A DNA stretch of 64,000 nt from an uncultured cyanobacterium (lineage in GTDB: Bacteria; Cyanobacteriota; Cyanobacteriia; Cyanobacteriales; Nostocaceae): contig OY970166.1 of NCBI GenBank assembly GCA_963706595.1, forward strand, positions 2,848,001 through 2,912,000, in the 5' to 3' direction. Position 1 is the stretch's first letter, and each line of letters begins with the position of its first letter. The notes under the pieces were generated by a model. It searched no databases. It worked only from the letters and a program-made list of their open reading frames with translations, and had not been told where the DNA came from. The translations under genes and the position numbers were made by a program. Of this stretch, positions 29,695-39,792 are shown piece after piece.

Positions 29695-31326
29695 ATGCAC
29701 AAAATCCTACCCAAAAAAATCGCTTCCATGCACACCCGTGACGGTATCCGCCTAGATGCAGATATCTATCGCCCCGACGCTGAGGGAGAGTTTCCCGTAT
29801 TATTAATGCGCCAACCCTATGGAAGAGCGATCGCATCTACTGTTGTCTATGCTCATCCGACTTGGTATGCTGCACATGGCTATATTGTAGTTATTCAAGA
29901 TGTCCGAGGAAGAGGCACTTCTGAAGGTGAATTTGAACTTTTTACCCACGAAATCGCCGATGGAGAAGACACCGTAAACTGGGCTGCGAAACTCCCTGGT
30001 AGTAACGGCAAAGTGGGAATGTATGGCTTTTCCTATCAAGGAATGACTCAACTATATGCCGCAGCTGCAAAACCACCAGCATTAAAAACAATTTGCCCAG
30101 CCATGATTGGCTATGATTTATATACAGATTGGGCTTATGAAGGTGGTGCATTTTGTTTACAAACTAACCTCGCTTGGGCAATTCAATTAGCTACAGAAAC
30201 CGCCCGTTTACGAACAGATAAAACAGCCTACGAAGCATTATTTGCTGCATCTCGTAATTTACCTGTAACTAATCCCGAAATTCTCCAGGAACTCGCCCCA
30301 GAATCATTTTATCATCAGTGGCTGGAACATTCTCAACCCGATACATACTGGGAAAAACTTTCGCCTAAAAACCACTTACAAAATGTTGATTTACCCATGT
30401 TCCATATCGGGGGATGGTTTGATACTTACCTGCGAGGAACTTGGCATTTATATCAAGATATGAGCGCCAGCAGCAACACACCCCAACATTTGCTCATCGG
30501 TCCTTGGGCGCATTTGCCTTGGGGTCGCCAAGTCGGTGAAGTTGATTTTGGTGTTAATGCTATGAGTCCTGTAGACCAGATGCAAGTTCGCTGGTTTGAC
30601 CAGTTTCTCAAAGATATTAATACAGGATTACTGGAAGAAGATTCTGTTTGCTTATTTGAGATGGGAAGCAATATTTGGCATAGTTATCCAACTATCCCTA
30701 AAGTAAACCAGAAATCTTACTTTTTGTCAACCACCGGACTGGCTAATATCAGAGAAGATTCTGGAAGCCTAATCCAAAATCCCAAATCTAAAATCCCAAA
30801 TTCCTTTGATGTCTTAGTTCATGACCCTTGGCGACCGGTTCCGGCTTTGGGTGGTCATGCAGCACTGTCGGCGGGTGTTTTTGAGCGATCGCATCTGGAT
30901 TGTCGTGCTGATGTTTTAACTTATACGAGCGCACCTTTAACAGAAAATTGCCATTTACTAGGGAATGTTGCGGTGGAAATCTTCTGTAGTGCTGATCAAC
31001 CTAGTTATGATTTGTGTGCGGTGCTGTCAGAAGTGCATCCTGATGGCTGTGTGTATAACTTAACTCAAGGTTATGTCCATTGTCCCCCAGGTTCAGAAGA
31101 CGCGCCGACCAAAATTCAACTGCAACCTATTTGTGCGCGAATTGCTCAAGGTAATGCCCTGCGTTTGAGTTTGAGTGCTGCCTGTTTTCCCGCTTATGCG
31201 ATGAACTCTGGAAGTGGTACAGTAAGAAGTAGTGGGGAGTTGATGAATGCTCAGGTAATCACAATTACGATAAATTGTGGAGATGCTTTTCTTTCTCAAG
31301 TTTTGCTGCCGTTAAGAGTTAATTAA
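29695..31326 (+). CDS. CocE/NonD family serine hydrolase
   Basis: RQPYG, QDVRGRGTSEG, GFSYQG nucleophile motif, GGWFD, GPWAH. Confidence 0.9.
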   Translation: MHKILPKKIASMHTRDGIRLDADIYRPDAEGEFPVLLMRQPYGRAIASTVVYAHPTWYAAHGYIVVIQDVRGRGTSEGEFELFTHEIADGEDTVNWAAKLPGSNGKVGMYGFSYQGMTQLYAAAAKPPALKTICPAMIGYDLYTDWAYEGGAFCLQTNLAWAIQLATETARLRTDKTAYEALFAASRNLPVTNPEILQELAPESFYHQWLEHSQPDTYWEKLSPKNHLQNVDLPMFHIGGWFDTYLRGTWHLYQDMSASSNTPQHLLIGPWAHLPWGRQVGEVDFGVNAMSPVDQMQVRWFDQFLKDINTGLLEEDSVCLFEMGSNIWHSYPTIPKVNQKSYFLSTTGLANIREDSGSLIQNPKSKIPNSFDVLVHDPWRPVPALGGHAALSAGVFERSHLDCRADVLTYTSAPLTENCHLLGNVAVEIFCSADQPSYDLCAVLSEVHPDGCVYNLTQGYVHCPPGSEDAPTKIQLQPICARIAQGNALRLSLSAACFPAYAMNSGSGTVRSSGELMNAQVITITINCGDAFLSQVLLPLRVN

Positions 31327-31476
31327 GAGTTTTTTCACGCAGAGGCGCAGAGGCGCAGAGAGGAAGAAGAAGAGTTAAATTAATGGCAGCGAGTTTAGCA
31401 GTTTACAGCAAGAATTAATTTACCGGATATTGAACAAAATATCTGGATGATTTTACTATGGAAGTAGAGGAAACAG

Positions 31477-32100
31477 ATGGAAACTAAATTAACTCAACCA
31501 TCAGCAGCACTCACTGAAATTCCGGCTGGCTATCTAAATATCATGGGTTATGTGGATGAGTCAGAAGTTAATGGTCCTGGAACTCGTGCTGTTGTCTGGG
31601 TTCAAGGTTGTCCGCGTGAATGTTCTGGCTGCTTTAACCCTGAGTCTTGGTCTTTTGGGATTAACCAATTAATTTCTGTTGATACTCTGGCTGAGAATAT
31701 CCTCAGCAAACCTCATAATACAGGTGTAACTTTTTCCGGTGGAGAACCTTTTTGGCAAGCTGCTGCACTAGCTTCTTTGGCTCGTAAGCTGAAAGCTGCG
31801 GGATTAAATATAATGTCTTTTTCTGGGTTTACCCTCAAGCAGTTACAGTCTGAATCAGCACCACCAGATTCGGCTGCACTATTAGCAGAATTAGATATCT
31901 TAATTGATGGTCCTTTTGTGGACTCTCTAGCAATTAATTCTCCCACGTCTTTGGTTTCTTCTAGCAATCAAGGCGTTAATGTTTTTAACCCAGATTTAGC
32001 AGACCAAATGACTTGGGCGAGCGACCAGATAGAAGTCCATATTCTTAAAGATGGTAGCCGGATTGTGACTGGTTATCAAGGCGGTTTAAGTAATTTGTAG
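31477..32100 (+). CDS. Radical SAM protein, NrdG-like activase family
   Basis: NGPGTRAVVWVQGCPRECSGCFN (CxxxCxxC), GVTFSGGEPF, DILIDGPF, SSNQ. Confidence 0.85.
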   Translation: METKLTQPSAALTEIPAGYLNIMGYVDESEVNGPGTRAVVWVQGCPRECSGCFNPESWSFGINQLISVDTLAENILSKPHNTGVTFSGGEPFWQAAALASLARKLKAAGLNIMSFSGFTLKQLQSESAPPDSAALLAELDILIDGPFVDSLAINSPTSLVSSSNQGVNVFNPDLADQMTWASDQIEVHILKDGSRIVTGYQGGLSNL

Positions 32101-32155
32101 TATTTCCTGCGGAAACGCTGCGCGAACGTAGTTCGTAATTCGTAATTCGTAATTA

Positions 32156-32292
32156 GGCGTTGCTGAATCAAAGTATGAAATGCCAAAATTACCTTTCTTC
32201 TTCTTCGTATCTTTGCGCCTTTGCGCCTAACGTACTTCGTACTTCGCTTCGCTAATGCGTGAAACAAATTCATCTTTAAAATCAGCAACGCC
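32156..32292. mobile_element. MITE with 11-bp TIRs and a perfect 8-bp target-site duplication
   Basis: GGCGTTGCTGA...TCAGCAACGCC flanked by CGTAATTA at 32148-32155 and 32293-32300; inserted in a (TTCGTAA)n tract; internal (CTTTGCGC) repeats. Confidence 0.8.
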
Positions 32293-32412
32293 CGTAATTA
32301 AGAGTGTACAAGCCCCACCCAGATATACGATTTAGAGCAACCACTGATTGCAACTACGAATTACGTTAGCGAAGCTCCTCTGAAAGAGGCATTATCAATT
32401 ACGAATTACAAG

Positions 32413-33081
32413 CTAGCCACTCACTTGAGATTCAACTACACCGATAGGACAAGAAACTTTTGTTCCTCCTAAGCCACAATAACCGTTGGGGTTTTTGGCT
32501 AAATACTGCTGATGATAAGCTTCTGCGTAGTAGAATTCAGGCGCATCTAAAATTTCTGTGGTAATTTTGCCATAACCTGCTTTGCTCAGAGGTTCCTGAT
32601 ACGCGTCCCGTGATGCTTCTGCTAGCTGCTTCTGCTGTGGGGAATAAACATAAATTCCCGAACGGTATTGCGTACCAGCGTCATTACCTTGGCGCATTCC
32701 TTGGGTGGGGTTATGGCTTTCCCAAAAAACTTTCAAAAGTTGAGAGTAACTAATCACTTTGGGGTCAAAGACGACTAAGACTACCTCGTTGTGACCAGTC
32801 ATTCCGCTACATACTTCATCATAACTGGGGTTTGGGGTGCTACCAGCAGCGTAACCCACCGCAGTTGTATAGACTCCTGGAAGTTGCCAAAATTTGCGTT
32901 CTGCACCCCAAAAGCAACCTAAGCCAAATACTGCTTGCTCCAATCCTTCGGGAAAAGGAGCTTTTAAAGGATTTTTATTGACATAATGTTCATTCGGTAC
33001 TGGCATAGATTTTGCTCTTCCTGGTAAAGCTTCCTCTGGAGTGGGGATAGCCTGCTTTTTACCAAATCCAAATAGTCCCAT
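32413..33081 (-). CDS. msrA: Peptide methionine (S)-sulfoxide reductase
   Basis: [23 protein letters not shown]. Confidence 0.95.
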   Translation of the reverse strand: MGLFGFGKKQAIPTPEEALPGRAKSMPVPNEHYVNKNPLKAPFPEGLEQAVFGLGCFWGAERKFWQLPGVYTTAVGYAAGSTPNPSYDEVCSGMTGHNEVVLVVFDPKVISYSQLLKVFWESHNPTQGMRQGNDAGTQYRSGIYVYSPQQKQLAEASRDAYQEPLSKAGYGKITTEILDAPEFYYAEAYHQQYLAKNPNGYCGLGGTKVSCPIGVVESQVSG

Positions 33082-33206
33082 AATTTTTAACTCTGATTTC
33101 TCATAAATTTCTTTACCTTACTTCATATTGTAAAGAATCTTGTACAGGTTGGGGAGTTTTGGAAATAACTCATTCATCATTCCCCAAACCGTAATTATAC
33201 ATAAGT

Positions 33207-35444
33207 TTACATACAAGTCTGTACTAAAGGTAACAGCCGACCTATTTGTTCTTGACCATTTACGGCTAAGTCGCTGTGACATAAATAAACTTTTTCACCG
33301 ACACGAGACAGCAAATCTGCTAGGATATTTCGCAATCTTGCTTCTTCTAGCAAGTTTTCATCTGCTGCTGTCCACGGTTCGCCTAACCTATCTCTCAAAA
33401 ATAATGGCGCGGCAAATAACGTCGCTGCACCACCTTTTGCCCATAGAGGAGAACCAGCATCCAACCAGAAATGCCAACGGTGAAATCTTCTACTAGAGCG
33501 ATATTGAAAAATAGTTGCCAAGGTGACAGCTTTTCTAGCTGGTCCGATGGTACGCAAGGGGTAAGGGTTGGCGGTAATAGTACCACGTCGCAGTAAGTGT
33601 ATAAATTCGGCACAGGTTGTGCTGATTTCTTTCCCTGCTTTTCTGGGGGTTGTTTGTCGTAAACGGGTGTCAATTTCCCAATAATGTTGGGCAGTTTCCA
33701 GTAATTCCCGCAGTGCTGCCATTTGGTCGTAGGGAGGGCTGCTATCCTGACAGATAAAATTCTGCATTGCCAGATATAACAGCGAAATGGGACTGGGAAT
33801 CAAACGCTGTGCTTGTTGCGATCGCTGTTTTTCTAACCATTGTAAAATTTCCCCATAAGCTGTGGTGGCTGCATAGCCGATGCGGTCCCAGCGCTCGAAT
33901 GCTGAAACTGGTATCAAGTGGGGATGATCGGGATGAGGTTTAAAACAGTAATCTGTAATTAATCCGGCGCGTACTGGGTCGATGCGAGGGGAAGGAGACG
34001 CGATGAATTGATTGGGGGAAGGAGACGCGATGAATCGATTGGGGGAAGGAGACGCGATGAATCGATTGGGGGAAGGAGACGCGATGAATCGCGTCTCTAC
34101 AAGAGAGTCTGGTTTTCGACTCAAGACCACTAACATTTCGGCTACGGCTTCTCGATCTACGAGGCGACCTAAACCAGGATAGACTAGTGTCAGCATGGTG
34201 AGTAAGGCTCGAATCACAGGTGAACTAATTAAGGGGCGTTGCTCGTTGAGTGATTCGACGGGGATGTTTTGCTTATCGAGGATTTCTACTAAAGTATAAC
34301 GAGCGATCGCATCTAAACCCGGTGCAATAATTGCTACATCTTCTGCTTGTACTTGTCCTGAATTGATCGCTTTCGCAATTTCATCTGCTGTTTTCCGCAA
34401 CAATTCGGAGCGGGAGGTAGTTTGAATTAATTGCACTGGGTCTGGTAAGCTCGACACCATCATCTGTTCGGTGACTAACTCCACCATTGGGGTCAAAAGT
34501 TCCTCGGCTAGACAAGGTAAAGGTGATGTCGTTAATGTCTCAATTTGACAACGCGTTGCTAAACCCTTCAAATAGTGAGGATCGGCTCCCAATCCTAGCC
34601 GCACAGCACCATCAGGGTTATAACTAAAAGCACCTACAGCACCTTGATCTAACAAAAAATCAAACAGTTGACGTGCTACCCCAGGATAATCATCCACATC
34701 ATCTGCTAGTACAGCTTGATAGCGTTGAGTTAAGTGTTGTTGATAATGGCGATCGCTTAATAACTTCTGACTATACAGTTCAGTCATTATCCCATAACTA
34801 AGTAATCCCCGTTCTAAACACCAGTTACGCCAATCTAGTAATAAAGATGCCAAAAAATCCGGTTCTAAATCTATGGCATTTTCTTCTAAGCCCGTTTGCA
34901 AAATCCGGCTAATGTCTTCACAGGGTGTACCACTGTAAGCCGCCAATTGGAATAAATCCAGAATCCGACGGACTAACCGATACTCATTCACTCCCGCCCG
35001 GCGCAAAGTGGCTGCATCCAACTGGGAATGCCAAAGTTTCGTGGCCAATTCCTGTTCAGTTTCAGGGCGTAATCTTACCGGAAATTGTGCTTTGAGATTT
35101 AACGACTGAATCAATAAAGGCCAAAATAAAATCACTTCATCTTGAAAAAAACCGAGCATCGTCTTGGCACGAACTGGATATTTTCCTTGTGTTGCTGTCA
35201 CAATTTTATCAGCTAGATGACGGCGATTCTCACTATTGGCAGCTAAAAGCAAAACTCCTAGCTCTTTCTTGGGGAGATATGAAGCTGCTGATATGCTCCT
35301 ACTTTTTGGCTCACTTGATTTTTTAGTATAAAATAATTCAAAACTATGATTTTCACTTTGCACCCAATCACAAAAACTTTCCACCAAACGAGTTGTTTTA
35401 CCACTGCGGCTAGCACCAACAATCCAAATAGAATGAGAAATCAC
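33207..35444 (-). CDS. Cyanobacterial protein with a degenerate UvrD/AddB-like P-loop fold
   Basis: N-terminal VGASRSGKT; degenerate Walker B VLADDVDD; DVAIIAP. Confidence 0.7.
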   Translation of the reverse strand: MISHSIWIVGASRSGKTTRLVESFCDWVQSENHSFELFYTKKSSEPKSRSISAASYLPKKELGVLLLAANSENRRHLADKIVTATQGKYPVRAKTMLGFFQDEVILFWPLLIQSLNLKAQFPVRLRPETEQELATKLWHSQLDAATLRRAGVNEYRLVRRILDLFQLAAYSGTPCEDISRILQTGLEENAIDLEPDFLASLLLDWRNWCLERGLLSYGIMTELYSQKLLSDRHYQQHLTQRYQAVLADDVDDYPGVARQLFDFLLDQGAVGAFSYNPDGAVRLGLGADPHYLKGLATRCQIETLTTSPLPCLAEELLTPMVELVTEQMMVSSLPDPVQLIQTTSRSELLRKTADEIAKAINSGQVQAEDVAIIAPGLDAIARYTLVEILDKQNIPVESLNEQRPLISSPVIRALLTMLTLVYPGLGRLVDREAVAEMLVVLSRKPDSLVETRFIASPSPNRFIASPSPNRFIASPSPNQFIASPSPRIDPVRAGLITDYCFKPHPDHPHLIPVSAFERWDRIGYAATTAYGEILQWLEKQRSQQAQRLIPSPISLLYLAMQNFICQDSSPPYDQMAALRELLETAQHYWEIDTRLRQTTPRKAGKEISTTCAEFIHLLRRGTITANPYPLRTIGPARKAVTLATIFQYRSSRRFHRWHFWLDAGSPLWAKGGAATLFAAPLFLRDRLGEPWTAADENLLEEARLRNILADLLSRVGEKVYLCHSDLAVNGQEQIGRLLPLVQTCM
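33988..34100 (-). repeat. In-frame 27-bp tandem repeat (about 4 x RFIASPSPN) seeded by a GTAGAGACGCG palindrome
   Basis: The - strand reads GTAGAGACGCGATTCATCGCGTCTCCTTCCCCCAAT and then repeats. Confidence 0.9.
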
Positions 35445-35531
35445 AAATCCTCCCCTTGTAGATTTGCTAGTATACTTCGTGCGTTAACTTAATGTTAATA
35501 ATCACCAATCAATCCTGGATGATTACTTCCA

Positions 35532-36851
35532 ATGAAAATACCCATTTTTAGCCAAAGGATTTACCCTTTTTTACTCTCTGCTTACCGATGGTACTTACTC
35601 ACACCAGAGCGTTCACTAGAAGCAGCTTATCAGGCAGCATTACAGATTAAGCTCCTAGAAGAGGAACATTTTAATGGTAATAAAATAGACTTAAACTCAG
35701 CCATCTACAGTAACAGCGTGATGGATTATTTTGAGTCAGATTTAAAGCGACAATTAAAAATTGCCCGGATGCGACTGACAGAGTTTCGAGCCAGTCGTTT
35801 GTTTTCTAATGAGTCTGATCAAAGAGCATCTCAGAAAACAGGTATAGAGTATCCTAGTCCTGCCTTAATTTTAGAGAAATTAGAATTCATTGATCAAGTT
35901 ACCTCAAAATATAATAACTTAGAAAACGAGATCAATTCCGCAGCTTTAGTAAATAAACCTCAAATTATTAAAGTCGATTCGCCTACCTCTGAATCATCAC
36001 CAGAGAAATTAGCCAATCAAAATCAAGACCCGAATAAAAAACAGCGAGGTAAGGCTGATACAATGGGAATATTGCCGAGGTCAATTTTAAGTACCATCGG
36101 CCGTCTGCAAGTGGAATTAGATCCGAATGCTGAACAAGATGTTGTTAAAAATTTCCGTCAGACTCAAAGAAGAACCATAATATCTATTAGATTTATTTTA
36201 CTATTAATTATAGTCCCTCTGTTAACTCATCAAATATCAAAGGTATTAATAGTAGGACCCCTAATCACCCATTTTAGAAGCCCCGAAACAGCAGAAATAT
36301 TTCTCAATCTGGAAATGGAGGAAGAAGCATTAGTAGAACTGCAAAGATTTGAAGAAAAAATCAAGTTTAAAAACCTAATTAGTAGCGCCCCTCCGCTATC
36401 TGCTGAAGAGATAGAAGTTGAGATTGCGGATAAAGCCCGTGAAATTGCTGAACAATTTCGTCGCCAAAGTGCTAACGCTATAAAAAATGTTTTTTCAGAT
36501 ATTTTCTCAGTTGGTGCTTTTATTTATCTGTTGGTAATCAGCAAGTCTTCTATCGCCGTCCTCAAAGATTTCTTTGATCATATTGTCTATGGTCTCAGTG
36601 ACAGCGCTAAAGCATTTATCATTATTTTATTTACCGATGTATTTGTCGGATTTCACTCTCCCCACGGCTGGGAAGTAATTTTAGAAGGTGTATCACGTCA
36701 TTGGGGCTTACCAGCAAATCGAGATTTCATCTTCTTATTTATTGCCACCTTTCCCGTGATTTTAGATACAATCTTTAAATATTGGATTTTCCGTTATTTA
36801 AACCGCATCTCACCTTCCGCAGTGGCTACATATCGGAATATGAATGAATAA
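35532..36851 (+). CDS. pxcA: Proton extrusion protein PxcA (CemA/CotA)
   Basis: TPERSL, SDSAKAFIIILFTD, VGFHSPHGWE, TFPVILDTIFKYWIF. Confidence 0.92.
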   Translation: MKIPIFSQRIYPFLLSAYRWYLLTPERSLEAAYQAALQIKLLEEEHFNGNKIDLNSAIYSNSVMDYFESDLKRQLKIARMRLTEFRASRLFSNESDQRASQKTGIEYPSPALILEKLEFIDQVTSKYNNLENEINSAALVNKPQIIKVDSPTSESSPEKLANQNQDPNKKQRGKADTMGILPRSILSTIGRLQVELDPNAEQDVVKNFRQTQRRTIISIRFILLLIIVPLLTHQISKVLIVGPLITHFRSPETAEIFLNLEMEEEALVELQRFEEKIKFKNLISSAPPLSAEEIEVEIADKAREIAEQFRRQSANAIKNVFSDIFSVGAFIYLLVISKSSIAVLKDFFDHIVYGLSDSAKAFIIILFTDVFVGFHSPHGWEVILEGVSRHWGLPANRDFIFLFIATFPVILDTIFKYWIFRYLNRISPSAVATYRNMNE

Positions 36852-36952
36852 CAGAAATCACATAGGCAAATACATGAAGCCAGATAAAAGAAACTCCAGA
36901 ATTAGCAAAATAAAAAGTCAGAATCGCGGATTATAAGGATTACACAGATTAC

Positions 36953-37244
36953 GCGGATTAGATTATCTGACACAGTGACAGATAATTAAAATCAGTGAAA
37001 TCCTTTAATCCGTCTAATCCGTGATGCGGATTAGATTATCTGATACAGTGACAGATAATTAAAATCAGTGAAATCCTTTAATCCGTCTAATCCGTGATGC
37101 GGATTAGATTATCTGATACAGTGACAGATAATTAAAATCAGTGAAATCCTTTAATCCGTCTAATCCGTGATGCGGATTAGATTATCTGATACAGTGACAG
37201 ACAAGTAAAATCAGTGAAATCCTTTAATCCCTCTAATCCGTGAT
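36953..37244. repeat. 4 x 73-bp near-identical tandem repeat ending at the base before the GxxExxY ATG
   Basis: Units start at 36953, 37026, 37099 and 37172; hairpins ATTATCTG..CAGATAAT within units and TCTAATCCG..CGGATTAGA across junctions. Confidence 0.95.
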
Positions 37245-37628
37245 ATGAACTTAAAATACCAAGACATTACCCAAAAAATTATCGGCGCATCCTTTGAAGT
37301 CCATAAATTTCTAGGTAACGGCTTTCAAGAAGTAATTTATCAACGCGCCCTTGCCTACGAACTCCATCAAGCAGGATTAACCTTTGCCAGAGAAATTGAA
37401 CAACAAATCTATTACAAAAACCTACCCGAACCAATTGGTACACGCCGCGCCGATTTTGTGGTTGAAGAAAAAGTATTAGTCGAACTCAAAGCAGTAATCC
37501 AACTCGAAGACGTACACCTAGCCCAAGCATTAAACTATCTCAAAGTATATAAACTCGAAGTTGGATTATTGATTAACTTTGGAAGTAAAAGTTTGACATT
37601 TAAGAGATTAGTATTTAGTAACAAATAA
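37245..37628 (+). CDS. GxxExxY protein (PD-(D/E)XK nuclease fold)
   Basis: GFQEVIY motif, RADFVVE, VELK, QALNYLK, GLLINFG; 127 aa. Confidence 0.92.
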   Translation: MNLKYQDITQKIIGASFEVHKFLGNGFQEVIYQRALAYELHQAGLTFAREIEQQIYYKNLPEPIGTRRADFVVEEKVLVELKAVIQLEDVHLAQALNYLKVYKLEVGLLINFGSKSLTFKRLVFSNK

Positions 37629-37632
37629 AAGA

Positions 37633-37741
37633 GTCAGAATCGCGGATTATATGGATTACGCTGATTACACAGATTTTTTTCATTTGCTAAGATAACCAAA
37701 ATCTGTGAAATCCTTTCATCCGTAAAATCTGTGATTCTAAC
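37633..37741. repeat. Imperfect palindromic element of inverted ~9-mer arrays, related to the element upstream of GxxExxY
   Basis: GTCAGAATCGCGGATTATA...AATCTGTGATTCTAAC; shares its first 19 bp with the sequence at 36917. Confidence 0.8.
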
Positions 37742-37832
37742 CTTGTTTTTAGCTATTCACACATGACTCAGGCTTACTCAGGAGAAATTGGAAAGGCCGC
37801 CACACCCTCAGACGAAAGCAGCGTGGGGTAGT

Positions 37833-39147
37833 TCAAGTAGTATATTCTGCGTTAATTTTTACATAGTCATAACTCAAATCACATCCCCAAGCTTTACCAG
37901 AACCATGACCATTACCAACGTTAACAGCAATAATCACGGGATTATCGACTCGTTGACCTTTAATCATGCTTCTATCCACAGACAAATCATTACTATTATT
38001 AGTAGCAATAAAATCTGGGGCTAAAGAAGAATCAGCCGCAATTTGTTTTAAATATGCACTGGCTGCTGCACGGTCAAATGGTACTGGTTGACCATTTTCT
38101 AATAATAAGAAATCCCCTAATTTTATTTGCAGGTTATCTTGTTCAAAATTCACACCTGCACGTCCTGCGGCGGCGGCGATACGTCCCCAATTGGGGTCGC
38201 GTCCAAAAATCGCAGATTTAACTAGAGAGGAACCCGCAACGGTTTTCGCAATTTGACGGGCGGAAACTTGATCATAAGCCCCAGTGACTTGCACTTCAAT
38301 TAAGCAAGTTGCACCTTCGCCATCACGAGCGATCGCTTTAGCTAAATGCTGACATACTGCTGTTAACATCGCTTCTAATTTCTCGGCTTCTGGACCCATT
38401 TCGGTAATTGCTGGGGTGCGAGATTGACCATTAGCCAAAGCGATTAAACTATCGTTAGTGCTGGTGTCACCATCGACGGTAATGGCATTAAAGCTTTGAT
38501 CCGCAGCCCTACTTAACATTTGTTGCCACAGATGAGATGAAACCGCCGCATCACAGGTTACAAATGCCAACATCGTGGCCATGTTGGGATGAATCATCCC
38601 CGAACCTTTGGAAATACCACCAATTCGCACAGGGCGATCGCCTATAGTTGTCTCTAAAGCAATGGATTTTGTCACCAAATCTGTAGTAATAATTGCCACG
38701 GCGGCTGCATCTGAACCCGTTTCTGAAAGTGCGGCCACTACTTTGGGAATACCACTGCGTAAGGCATCCATCTTGATCCGTTGACCAATTACGCCCGTAG
38801 AAGCCAGCAAAATCGATTCCGGGGAAATATTCAACTCCCGTGCTAATATTTCGGCTGTTTCTTCCGCATCCCGTACACCTTGCATCCCTGTGGAAGCATT
38901 TGCTTGACCAGCATTGCAGAGAATTGCACGGGCGCTGTGTTTAGCTTGTAAGCGTTGACGACAATAATCTACACAGGCGGCTTTGACTTGACTAGTGGTG
39001 AATACACCAGTCTGCGATCGCCTCTACATCTGACCATATTAACGCTAAATCGGGCAACCCCGAAGGCTTCAGTCCTGCGGTGATTCCCGCCGCCTGATAA
39101 CCTCTTGGTGCGGTAACACCACCAGAGATTTCTTGCCAATCTGCCAT
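37833..39147 (-). CDS. argJ: Bifunctional ornithine acetyltransferase / N-acetylglutamate synthase, with an apparent +1 frameshift at ~39011
   Basis: MADWQEISGGVTAPRGYQAAG..DVEAIA from 39147; removing one base restores AGVFTT; STGVIG, KGSGMIHPNMATML, DTSTND, RDGEGAT, INAEYTT; span is 3n+1. Confidence 0.9.
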
Positions 39148-39225
39148 TTTTCTTCTCCCCACAACTGTTAGCTGCTTGACTGGCGATTATACCAAGTATT
39201 CACTGCCAAATATTCGCCAGTCATG

Positions 39226-39278
39226 AAATAAGGAGAGCTGCGTGGGCGGCTCTCCAGATCATCAGGGTGCATCTACAT
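39226..39278 (-). ncRNA. Candidate ~50-nt small RNA or attenuated leader upstream of argJ
   Basis: -10 TATACT (39289-39284), then GTAGATGCACCCTGATGATCT, then hairpin GGAGAGCCGC-CCAC-GCAGCTCTCC followed by TTATTT. Confidence 0.5.
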
Positions 39279-39444
39279 AGCACAGTATACCATTTTTGTA
39301 GTGAGGTGTGATACCCATTATTTATTTTGGGGAGCAATCTTCTGAAGTCGGCAACAGTTATGTCACTCAAAAAATTACTCAAACCATTTGTCGTGAACTT
39401 ATTTCTGTTATTTTTTTGCTTAATATAAATATAATGTTAAATAA

Positions 39445-39623
39445 TAAGTAAGTCGGCGAGAAAAATTCAATTTACATGAAGAAATATAAATTGTTCGTAG
39501 GCTAACGCACCTTGAATTGTTGAGACTGAAGCCGAATTTTTGACGGTGCGTTGCGCTGCGCGACAACACACCCTACATTAAAAGTTCTGAATATAGCTTG
39601 AAATATTAGTGCCGACTTAATTA
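39445..39623. mobile_element. MITE-like element with an internal degenerate GTAG REP doublet
   Basis: Ends TAAGTAAGTCGGC / GCCGACTTAATTA; internal GTAGG..AACGCACC...GGTGCGTTG..CACCCTAC at 39497-39576. Confidence 0.6.
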
Positions 39624-39792
39624 TATTATTTTTTCATAAACTCTTTCTTATCAAGATTCTTAAATATCAAGCGTAATATTTACTTCTATTCATAAAGATA
39701 AATATCGCATTTCCTCATTTATTGCAACAAATCTTCAAATTTTCAACTAATGCTAGTATACAATTATTTGAATAATTATTTAGTTTTCAACT

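Noticed and set aside
36953..37244. 73-bp periodic array as a CRISPR array
   Set aside because: Units are nearly identical over their whole length, with no unique spacers, and no cas genes are nearby.
37745..37832. Hammerhead-like ribozyme downstream of argJ
   Set aside because: GAAA is present, but no CUGANGA core on either strand.
39001..39020. Programmed ribosomal frameshift in argJ
   Set aside because: No slippery heptamer or stimulatory structure at the site; a single extra base explains it.
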